Position numbers and translations under genes: made by a program. Source: an uncultured Lachnospiraceae bacterium (GTDB lineage Bacteria > Bacillota > Clostridia > Christensenellales > UBA1242). From it: a DNA stretch of 64,000 nucleotides. The notes beneath the pieces are model-generated. The model was not told the DNA's origin and did not search any database. It worked only from the letters and a program-made list of their open reading frames with translations. Positions 1-8,264 of this stretch are shown one piece after another; positions within the stretch are counted from its first letter, which is position 1, and the number at the start of each line of letters is the position of its first letter. Location of the stretch: the NCBI GenBank assembly GCA_964400145.1, contig CAYNTF010000002.1, positions 65,164 through 129,163 on the forward strand, written 5' to 3'.

Positions 1-743
1 GCATCTGAAATTCTATATGAAGCGATTGTTGTGTCATCCAAAACGGCAAAAGTTATTGTGGTGTAAACTTCGGAATTACCAACAAAAGTTGCTCGAAGTT
101 CAATAGTGCTTAAATCACACTCTTCAGAAATATAAATGGTGTTGTCGATGATTTCAGCATAGGTTATGCCACCAATCACCAACTCGTTGGAACCTGTTGA
201 ATCTGATGAGCCTGTTAGAATTGTCCAAACAATGTCCTTTATGTTTGCATCTTCTGGTGTAAATTTCAAAAATTGTGAAACAAAAGCGTCATCGAATGTT
301 CTGGAACTGCCACGAACCAAGTATAGACTCTTCTCGTCATCAGTCACAGATGTCAAGCCCGTCAGCATTGTTTGAACATGCACTGTGATTTCTTCACTCT
401 TGCTGGAATCATCAACAGCAGTGACCCTAATTTTTGCCTCCCCGCTTTTGTCTGCATAAACTGTGAAGTAATATTCTCCGTCACTTCTTTGAGTTGCATA
501 TTCGGAGTCAACATGAATTGAATCATCCCCTTCAATAACTTCAACGCGCACACCTGCCGATGAGTTGGTTAGAGAAACATAAATATCCTTGGAGAGATAA
601 TTTTCCGCATTTGTATCATTTGTGGAAATTGTAAACTCATTCGTGGACACCGAAATTGAAATTTGTTTATTACAGCCCGTAAAAAGAAAAAGTCCGCCCA
701 CGACCATCAAAACACTTAAAATTCCAAGTGTAATTTTTTTCAT
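1..743 (-). CDS. Secreted lipoprotein, 5' part only (ORF runs off the left edge); beta-rich, possibly Ig-like ectodomain
   Basis: Manual minus-strand translation from the ATG at 743-741 gives MKKITLGILSVLMVVGGLFLFTGCNKQ..., a signal peptide plus lipobox (FTGC). The frame stays open to base 1. GGAGG lies 5 nt upstream of the ATG. It is not in the ORF track because no stop lies in the window. Confidence 0.6.
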   Translation of the reverse strand, partial: MKKITLGILSVLMVVGGLFLFTGCNKQISISVSTNEFTISTNDTNAENYLSKDIYVSLTNSSAGVRVEVIEGDDSIHVDSEYATQRSDGEYYFTVYADKSGEAKIRVTAVDDSSKSEEITVHVQTMLTGLTSVTDDEKSLYLVRGSSRTFDDAFVSQFLKFTPEDANIKDIVWTILTGSSDSTGSNELVIGGITYAEIIDNTIYISEECDLSTIELRATFVGNSEVYTTITFAVLDDTTIASYRISD

Positions 744-976
744 GCAGTCCTCCAAAAACTAATATTTGCAAAGAGTTAAGTTTTAGTCGGTCATCTGTCT
801 GTCCAGAAGCAACATCTCAAACACAATGAAGCATGTTCACATGCACACACTTCAATGACAATCTCAGGTCACGACCAAAAGTTTAAACAAACTCCACGAT
901 GTTTGAAACAGAAGCAATCTCCAAATTTTTCGTTGTGATTTTGTTCTCTACACTCGACACTGCTCCCGTTATATAT

Positions 977-1005
977 ATTATAAACATTATGCAAATTAAA
1001 GTCAA
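977..1005 (-). promoter_or_regulatory. Sigma-A type promoter TTGACT-17 nt-TATAAT for the lipoprotein gene
   Basis: On the minus strand, TTGACT is at 1005-1000 and TATAAT at 982-977, with a 17-nt spacer. This implies a leader of about 225 nt before the ATG at 743. Confidence 0.5.
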
Positions 1006-1351
1006 AATTTTGGTGAAAATTTTCGGAAAAATAGTAAAAAAATAATTTTCTAAAAAAATTTGTCGAAAAATTAATTTAGAATAAAAAAACATTTTAAAAT
1101 ATTTTTTAAAAAAAATTTAAAATTCCATACCACAATGAGATAAAATAATTCACCAAAAAAATCAGAAAATTAATAAAAAATACAAAAAAAATTTAATTTT
1201 TTTGCATTTTTTCACATTTTTTTAATATTTTTTTGCATTTTTTAATATTTTTTTATTTTTATTATTTTTGATTTTTTATTATTTCAATAATTCATCCATT
1301 GTATTTAACCACTTTACATATGTGTTATAGTGCTTCAAAATTCAGCCTTCA

Positions 1352-1615
1352 TCATGCTCGCTCCCTTGCCAATCCTTCGTATCTGTGCTTTGTGGACAAA
1401 CCGCCTCGTATATGTTTTTCTGAAAAGTTTTTATCCAACACCTTTTTGACATCTTCATAAATTTTTCCGTCAACCTTTTGCAATCGCTTTGACAAATCGT
1501 TATGCACCGTGCTCTTACTCAAATTGAACACTTTTGCAGTTTGTCTGATTGTTCCTTCCGTCTGCAAAATATAGTTTGCAAGTTGCAAAGTTCGTTTTTT
1601 AATATATGGTTTCAT
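1352..1615 (-). CDS. spoIIID: Stage III sporulation transcriptional regulator SpoIIID
   Basis: 87 aa: MKPYIKKRTLQLANYILQTEGTIRQTAKVFNLSKSTVHNDLSKRL...HIRGGLSTKH, the typical SpoIIID HTH plus basic tail. GGGAGG precedes the ATG at 1615. The ORF-track start at 1843 is an upstream extension. Confidence 0.85.
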   Translation of the reverse strand: MKPYIKKRTLQLANYILQTEGTIRQTAKVFNLSKSTVHNDLSKRLQKVDGKIYEDVKKVLDKNFSEKHIRGGLSTKHRYEGLARERA

Positions 1616-1826
1616 GTCAACCTCCCAAAAATTTTTGATATTAAAATTTATGGGAAAATTTGTCAAATTATGACAAAAAATGTCGACCACACAAAGCCTT
1701 CTTTCACATATATAAAACAACACAAGTTTGAATGTGCAAATAAAACAAAAATCTTGCACTTTAATATCCGGCAGAAAAATAAAAAAACTTGTGTTTTTCA
1801 CAAGTTTTTTATCTAAAATTTTTGAA

Positions 1827-2054
1827 TTATTGCAGTTTTTCAATAAGTTCAGTTATCTGACCAATGGTTTTAACTTGACTTATTTGGTCATCTGGAATTG
1901 TGATATTATACTCTTCCTCCAAAGTCATAAGCATTTCAATAACATCAAGCGAATCCGCTCCCAAATCTTCAATTATGTTTGAATTTTCAGTTATCTGTTC
2001 TTTTGAAATTCCAAGTTGTTCCGCAACCAATTCTTTAACCTTGTCAATTATCAT
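1827..2054 (-). CDS. acpP: Acyl carrier protein (stand-alone)
   Basis: 75 aa with the LGADSLDVIEMLMTLEEEY phosphopantetheine-attachment motif (DSL). GGAGG precedes the ATG at 2054. Confidence 0.8.
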   Translation of the reverse strand: MIIDKVKELVAEQLGISKEQITENSNIIEDLGADSLDVIEMLMTLEEEYNITIPDDQISQVKTIGQITELIEKLQ

Positions 2055-2238
2055 ATTAACCTCCAAGGTTATGATAACACAAACAACCTTGAAAAATCAA
2101 CTAAATTCACCACATTAAATCATTTTTGTTAAATTTCTTAGAGTAATTTAATTTTTTGGAGCAACTTTATAATTCCTAAATTTTCATCTTGACATCCACC
2201 ATAACAAATGTCTATATCATTTAACAACGATATCATTC

Positions 2239-2802
2239 TCACTTGTTTTGCAAATCAAGATAGTTGTTTGGGTCAACTTCAACATCATCTTTATAGAGAG
2301 TAAAGTGCAAGTGACTTCCCGTTTCTGTTTCATTGGTTGCTGAGTTGTCTGCTTGTCCAATTTCTTGACCCGCTGTCACAGTGTCACCCACAGCCACCAA
2401 AACATCTTCTGAAAGAGAAGAATAAACGCTCACAAAGCCGTCACTATGTTCAATCGTGACAATGTAACCTTCCAAAGAATTGTTCTCAACCGATGTCACA
2501 ATGCCGTCACAAACAGAATAAACAGTCAAATCGTCCGAAGTTAAGTCGACAGAAAGATGAATCTCCCATCTTTTTAAACTGCTGTTATACTGCAATCTGT
2601 CGTCAGCATAATCCTTCACAACCACAGCATTTGTCATTGGTGATTCAAAGGTTATGGCGGTTGTTGAAACAGGCTCTTCACCACCACCCGTCACGCTTAA
2701 AGTGACAGCCAACGCAACAACAAGCACACATACACCAGCCAAAGAGAGCGCTCCAAATTTTTTGAAAAATCTTTTGAATTTGTTTTCGTTTTTAATTTCC
2801 AT
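2239..2802 (-). CDS. Membrane-anchored M23 (LytM) peptidase, SpoIIQ-like context
   Basis: N-terminal TM (ALSLAGVCVLVVALAVTL). C-terminal M23 core: GYIVTIEHSDGFVSVYSSL...GDTVTAGQEIG...GSHLHFTLY (HxH). Lies next to spoIIID. GGAGG precedes the ATG at 2802. Confidence 0.7.
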   Translation of the reverse strand: MEIKNENKFKRFFKKFGALSLAGVCVLVVALAVTLSVTGGGEEPVSTTAITFESPMTNAVVVKDYADDRLQYNSSLKRWEIHLSVDLTSDDLTVYSVCDGIVTSVENNSLEGYIVTIEHSDGFVSVYSSLSEDVLVAVGDTVTAGQEIGQADNSATNETETGSHLHFTLYKDDVEVDPNNYLDLQNK

Positions 2803-2958
2803 ATTTACCTCCACGCTTTGATATTTGCCTGAAAATCCGTTATTTAAACATGTTTTTTTATGAATTTTTGCGTTTTTTAATCATTTTTGTCGCTTTTTTC
2901 GCATTTTAACTCAACTTTCTGTTACTTCAAACAAATTGGTCGGAATATTTCATTTGCA

Positions 2959-3417
2959 TCAATATCCCGTCAACAACATCGGAAAACCAGCAATAACACA
3001 ACCACCAGAAATTGCAATTTGAACATTAACTTTTTTGCCATTAACATAGACGCAGTCTTGGTAGTATGGTGTATACGCCGATAAAACCACAAGATTATCA
3101 CTTTCAAATTGTGAAATAATTTCGGCTTTTAAAATGGTCAATATTTCATCGAGATTGACACTCTCATCAAAATAAAATTCCACACCAATCAAATCTTCTT
3201 TGAAATCAGACAAATTTTCTTTGGCTGTTGAAAGCGAACAATAGTTGAAAACCATGTCGCCACAATTCACACTTTCTGTCTTATCAAGTGCAACGCTTGA
3301 TATGAAGCAAACCCTGTCCACACCATTCAGGTTAAACAATGGATTTGTTTCCAATTTAAAAAATGTAGTGCAACCAAGACAAGTCAATAAAAATACAAAC
3401 ACAAGAAGTTTTTTCAT
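2959..3417 (-). CDS. Lipoprotein, YwmB-family-like
   Basis: The signal plus lipobox is MKKLLVFVFLLTCLGC. The C-terminus ...VNVQIAISGGCVIAGFPMLLTGY resembles the YwmB family ending (recalled consensus). It sits in the sporulation-gene neighbourhood. Confidence 0.4.
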   Translation of the reverse strand: MKKLLVFVFLLTCLGCTTFFKLETNPLFNLNGVDRVCFISSVALDKTESVNCGDMVFNYCSLSTAKENLSDFKEDLIGVEFYFDESVNLDEILTILKAEIISQFESDNLVVLSAYTPYYQDCVYVNGKKVNVQIAISGGCVIAGFPMLLTGY

Positions 3418-3707
3418 GCATTAAATATTGCCAGAAAACAAGTCATCAATTCGAAAAAATATAGAAAAACAATAAAAAAACACAAAAAAAGTGTATTTTT
3501 TTGCGTTTTTTCTGCTTTATTTTCTGTTTTGTTTCTTCGTCAACTATCTTTTATATATTTAACTATCTTATTTGAAAATTATCTATCTTGAAAATTACTT
3601 ATTTGAAAATTACTTATTCGAAAAATTATTTTATTGCAAAGGTTTTTAACTGTAACATCTGCAATTTTTTAATCCTGTTTAATATTAAACTGATGTCAAC
3701 CGATTTA

Positions 3708-4082
3708 CTAACTTTTCAAAATCATAATCAGAAAAAGAATTGCAAGAGCGCATGAAAAAATTAACCCAGTCCAAGCCAAACCAGCAAAAGACTTTTTCAC
3801 CAAGTCGTATTGATTGCTGTTATCCATAATTGTTTTGGTGCTCGGATTTTCTTCATCAGACGCTTTAATTTCTTCCGCAGGAGTTTTTGCTTCTTCTTGG
3901 TTTGAAGACTCTTTGACCGTTTGAGAATTTGAAGTTTCGCTCGTCAAAGCAACTTCTTCATTTGAATTTGAAGTTTGAACGACATTTTCTTGGATGCCTT
4001 CCACCTTTGTTTCCACCTTGCTCTCATCTTTTTTCAAGAGTTCTTTCGGTGGTCGCGGAATAAAAACTTTTTTTTCTTCCAT
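3708..4082 (-). CDS. Tail-anchored membrane protein, Ser/Glu/Asn-rich, unknown function
   Basis: 124-aa ORF with a low-complexity acidic N-region and a single C-terminal TM (GLAWTGLIFSCALAILFLIMIL). Confidence 0.45.
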   Translation of the reverse strand: MEEKKVFIPRPPKELLKKDESKVETKVEGIQENVVQTSNSNEEVALTSETSNSQTVKESSNQEEAKTPAEEIKASDEENPSTKTIMDNSNQYDLVKKSFAGLAWTGLIFSCALAILFLIMILKS

Positions 4083-4174
4083 AACAACTTCCCTAAAGTA
4101 ATTTTAAACTAAATTTCCAAAAAGTTCAAGTAAATGACAAATATTTTTGAAAAATTATAAGTTAAATTATAAGA

Positions 4175-4690
4175 TTAAACTGTTTCCCAAATGTTTTCCA
4201 CACTTTCAGACAATGTTTCAACGACAATCGTCACAATATATTTCTCACCACTTATCGTGCCGTCAGGCATAACCAACGCGGTGCAAAATGTAGCCTTATT
4301 ACCCCCTGAAAGAATGTCATCATAATAGTAATATCCGTCATCGTTTTTTGTAAAATGGTCGGATGTCACAAAATCAATTTCACCGTCCGTTCCAAAAACC
4401 ACTCCTTTGACGCGCACACGCAAATTTTCGTCCAAAAGAGTGGCACTGATTTGAACAATTTGTGGCACATTTTCGTTTGGCAAATAAGAACCGTCAAAAG
4501 TCATTGAAGCAACACTTGTTTCGTTTGGGTTCACCGCAATCGCAACAGTGTCACCAACAACAAGGTCGGACTCTGATTTCAGATAAGTCATTGCTGAATA
4601 AAAGCCCGAATACCCCAAAAAAATGGAAACACCCAACGCCACCAGCAAAATAACACAAACAAAAATCCAAGCAATTTCTCTCTTTTTCAT
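4175..4690 (-). CDS. Signal-anchored or secreted protein, unknown function
   Basis: 171-aa ORF with the N-terminal hydrophobic segment IAWIFVCVILLVALGVSIFLGY followed by a beta-rich ectodomain. Confidence 0.5.
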   Translation of the reverse strand: MKKREIAWIFVCVILLVALGVSIFLGYSGFYSAMTYLKSESDLVVGDTVAIAVNPNETSVASMTFDGSYLPNENVPQIVQISATLLDENLRVRVKGVVFGTDGEIDFVTSDHFTKNDDGYYYYDDILSGGNKATFCTALVMPDGTISGEKYIVTIVVETLSESVENIWETV

Positions 4691-4749
4691 GCTAATAGTT
4701 TTTAACTAAATTGCAAAATAATACCAATTTTGCGCCAAAAACCATTTTT

Positions 4750-6141
4750 TTACTCTTTTTGAGCCTTTTTTTGATATTTTCTTCGCTTGTTTCTCTCTTG
4801 TCTGAAATTTTCAATTTGCAATCGTCTGAACTCTTGACTCTCTTCTTGCAAAGCCATTTTTGTTTTGACCCAACGATATTTTCTGTTGCCATAAATGGTG
4901 TCGTAGGCAATAACAACAATCCCTTGCAAAAGATAGTAGTAATACGAACAAAATCTCCAAAAGAGCATTCCCCAGAATGTCGCTCCACCAAGGTAGGTGT
5001 TAAACAGCGCAGTGAAGGTCAACTCGTTCATTCCTGTTCCGCCCGGCAAAGGAATGAAACTTGAAGCCAAATCAATGAGCGCGGTATACACGAAAAATTC
5101 CCCGAACTTTGAAGGGTCCCACCCCTTGAATCCGCAATAGATGAAGAACGGAATGGAAAACAGACAAAAAATTCTTAACATATGCACAAAAATTAGGAAT
5201 ATCACATCCAATTTTGCATGACTATATTCGCGCATTATGTTTTGATAATCTTCCACGAAATTTTTGACTTTTTCATAATACTTATCAAAATCTTTCAGAA
5301 TTCGCATCTTGACAAGCAATCTCAAACACCAAACAACCAAATTTTTTCCCGCCTTTTTGGACAAGGAAACAAACATGATGATGGACACCATGGCAAACGA
5401 TAAGACAAAACCAATTATACTTGCCGCAGAAACCAAAGTTGTCCACTTATTCACAAAGGAAACAACAAGGCAGATAAAAGTGATGATAAGCCATGCAATA
5501 TTCTGAAAAACAAGTTTGGCGATTGGAATGGAAAGCGCCGTCGAAGCAGGAACTCCCCTGCCTGTCAAGTATGTCACCATAAACGCCTGTCCACCAGAAG
5601 AGAGTGGTGTGACAGCATCATAATATCTCAAAACGGCAGTTGACTTGTAAGCCAAATACCAGCGAGAACGCAAAGTTTTTCGATAAATCATTCGGTGAAC
5701 AGAAATTACATCAAAAACCAAAACGCCCAGCAACAACGCAAGCATAACAACGAAATATCCATAATTCAAGTCAAAAAGGTCAAGCGGTGAAAAATCCTCA
5801 CTTGAAAGGATGTTCCAGACAAGAATGCCTGCCACCAAAAGAATGTTAAGGATAAAGAAAATCACATTCCAGCACTTCTTTTTCTTTGATGACTTTATTG
5901 AAACTTCTTTGTTTGCTTCTTCAATTTTTTCTTCAACTTTTTTATTTTCTTCGTCAGTTAAAGTTTGACTTTCAAGCGCTTCCAATTTCTTTTGTTTGCG
6001 CTTGTTAATTTTTGTTTTTATACGCGAAAAAAGACGTTGATTTCCACTGCCAACAAACTCATCTTCCAACCTTTCGGACTGAATGTCCTGCGGTTTTTCA
6101 TTCATTTCGGTTTCAATTTTCTCTAAATTCTCTTTTTCCAC
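4750..6141 (-). CDS. Flippase-like / lysylphosphatidylglycerol-synthase TM-region family membrane protein (UPF0104) with a charged N-terminal extension
   Basis: 463 aa, polytopic. The PLPGGTGMNELTF motif (PGGxGxxE) is typical of the LPG_synthase_TM / TIGR00374 family. The N-terminal ~95 aa are Lys/Glu-rich. Confidence 0.6.
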   Translation of the reverse strand: MEKENLEKIETEMNEKPQDIQSERLEDEFVGSGNQRLFSRIKTKINKRKQKKLEALESQTLTDEENKKVEEKIEEANKEVSIKSSKKKKCWNVIFFILNILLVAGILVWNILSSEDFSPLDLFDLNYGYFVVMLALLLGVLVFDVISVHRMIYRKTLRSRWYLAYKSTAVLRYYDAVTPLSSGGQAFMVTYLTGRGVPASTALSIPIAKLVFQNIAWLIITFICLVVSFVNKWTTLVSAASIIGFVLSFAMVSIIMFVSLSKKAGKNLVVWCLRLLVKMRILKDFDKYYEKVKNFVEDYQNIMREYSHAKLDVIFLIFVHMLRIFCLFSIPFFIYCGFKGWDPSKFGEFFVYTALIDLASSFIPLPGGTGMNELTFTALFNTYLGGATFWGMLFWRFCSYYYYLLQGIVVIAYDTIYGNRKYRWVKTKMALQEESQEFRRLQIENFRQERNKRRKYQKKAQKE

Positions 6142-6267
6142 CTTTTAATTATAACAAAAACAACAACCAAAGTCAAACTTAAATTGGTTGTTGTTGGTTT
6201 TTATATTCAATTTTAGGAATATTTTTGTCTGAATTTGAAATTGATAAGCCGAAATTTAAACTTTCAA

Positions 6268-8172
6268 TCAATATAACTTTTTCAAAACATTTTCGTTGGC
6301 AACAATAGACTGACATTGACTTCTCAAATATTGCATGTTCATATTTTGGAAAACTGAAAAGTTGTCAGTGGTCAATTCGTCATACAACAAATCAAAAAGG
6401 GTTTTTTCTGAGAAAATATTGAGTCTTGTTGATGCCAAAACTTTGATGTTTTCTTCATTACTTGCAATGGTGTTGATATTTGCAAAAAGATTTTGAATGT
6501 TGCCCGCAAAGAAGAACAAATAGAGCCCATCTTCGCCACAAATGAAATCTGTCATATCTCCCACTTTTGCATTTCCGTCGTTATAGAGTGCTTTCAAGGC
6601 TTCTTCAATTTCTTCCATGTCTGTGAAATCAGAAGAAAGAACTTCGCCGTCAGCGGTCACACCAATCACAGTGTTATAATCAGCATTTTGCAATGAGTCA
6701 TCATCATTATATTGATACAGATATGTCTTAAACGCTTGCGCTTTGAGATATGATTTGTTCTTGTTTTCTGATGCAATTTCTTCATTTCGCTCATCAACAT
6801 ATGCTTGCAGAATAGCATTCTTTTCTGATTCCGTGATGCCGGCGGACGCACCATATGAAGTTAAAATTTCGTCAATTTCTTCATCACTCAAATCTGATAT
6901 AGAAATTTCGTCAGTATATTTATAACTTCCAACAGCATTGGCAATTTTTTCCAAAAGAGCTTGTGAAGTCATTGTGCCTGTTTCGTTGCCATATTCATCA
7001 CGCACAGTTGCCAAAACATTTTGATAAAGGCTTTCAAGTGCCTCTCGTTGTTGAGTTTCGTTTCCATAGTATGCATCACCTGTGAGATAATCATACTCTT
7101 CTTGTTGCTCGTCGGTGAAAGCCAATTTGATGTATGCCACATAGAAATAATTTGTTGCGTCATCGCCCTCCAAGATGTAGTCCACGCTTCCAACATCGCT
7201 CAAAATGGAATCTTCATAGTCAGAAGTGTTGCCATTTATGACATAGTTGGTGTAATCAGCAAGCACTTTTGCAGAATAATATTCCAAAACATCATTCACA
7301 GTGACAAGAGAATAGTTATCACCCTGTTGAGCACGCGCATTGAAGATGGTTTCATATTTTTCAACCAAATAGTTTTCTTTCAGAACTTCATAAACTCTGT
7401 TGATTTCAAACAAGAAACATTCTTCGTCTGAATCAAAGGTCATGTATGAATAGTTGCTCTTCACATCTTTGATATATTCATTCAACGCCCTTCTCCACAA
7501 GATAGCACTTGTTGAAGAACCTTCCGTGAAACTGTAAATCTTTTGATATAAATAATTCAAGAAATACTCGTCTTCAAGGTCATAAGCGTCGCCATTTTCA
7601 TATCTTGCTTTATATGTGTCGCGTATGGTTGTGGCAGTTGTGTATTTTTTGATAATCAACTTTGTGGAGCCATCCGAAGTTTTCACTTCATCAAGATAGG
7701 CACTTTTTTCGTAAGTTTCATAGAGAGATGTTGAAGAATCATCGCTGTCATCAGAAGTTGAAGTTCCAGCAATTTCTTCAAAATACTCTTTCAAATTGGA
7801 AAAAATCGAATCATAAGTCTCGTCATAAAGATAGGTTGTTTCGCTGTCAATGAGCAGTTCTTCCCCTTCCGCTTCGTAATAATCTTTCACCGCTTTGACG
7901 GTCAACTTTCTGTCAACAATGGTGTCAAGCGTGGTCAAGAATGCTTCTTCTGTGGTGTAGCCATAATATGAATCATAATAATACCCATAACTGTTGTATG
8001 CAGTATACAATTCTCTGACAGTGATTTCATCAACTTCGCCGTCAGAATATGTTATTGTGCAAACCACAGATTCATATAACTTTTCCAAATTTGTTTCGAC
8101 CAAAGAACAACCTGTCAACACTGACAAGCACATAAAAAGTGATAACACAATCGCAAAAAATCTTTTTTTCAC
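6268..8172 (-). CDS. Large lipoprotein downstream of mfd; possible divergent SurA-N/PrsA-type foldase
   Basis: The lipobox is MKKRFFAIVLSLFMCLSVLTGC. The position after mfd matches where Clostridia carry a PrsA/SurA-like gene. I could not see a clear parvulin motif. Confidence 0.35.
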   Translation of the reverse strand: MKKRFFAIVLSLFMCLSVLTGCSLVETNLEKLYESVVCTITYSDGEVDEITVRELYTAYNSYGYYYDSYYGYTTEEAFLTTLDTIVDRKLTVKAVKDYYEAEGEELLIDSETTYLYDETYDSIFSNLKEYFEEIAGTSTSDDSDDSSTSLYETYEKSAYLDEVKTSDGSTKLIIKKYTTATTIRDTYKARYENGDAYDLEDEYFLNYLYQKIYSFTEGSSTSAILWRRALNEYIKDVKSNYSYMTFDSDEECFLFEINRVYEVLKENYLVEKYETIFNARAQQGDNYSLVTVNDVLEYYSAKVLADYTNYVINGNTSDYEDSILSDVGSVDYILEGDDATNYFYVAYIKLAFTDEQQEEYDYLTGDAYYGNETQQREALESLYQNVLATVRDEYGNETGTMTSQALLEKIANAVGSYKYTDEISISDLSDEEIDEILTSYGASAGITESEKNAILQAYVDERNEEIASENKNKSYLKAQAFKTYLYQYNDDDSLQNADYNTVIGVTADGEVLSSDFTDMEEIEEALKALYNDGNAKVGDMTDFICGEDGLYLFFFAGNIQNLFANINTIASNEENIKVLASTRLNIFSEKTLFDLLYDELTTDNFSVFQNMNMQYLRSQCQSIVANENVLKKLY

Positions 8173-8264
8173 ATCAATTCTCCGTAAAACCGTAAAATAT
8201 GTCTTATATAACCTTTATAATATAACACAAAAAAGAACAAAAAACAAGCAATTTGGAACACATT

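Noticed and set aside
4692-5064. ORFs 4692-4991 (minus strand) and 4711-5064 (plus strand) at the 3' end of the flippase-like gene
   Set aside because: They overlap the well-supported 463-aa membrane protein ORF in other frames, and they lack start signals.
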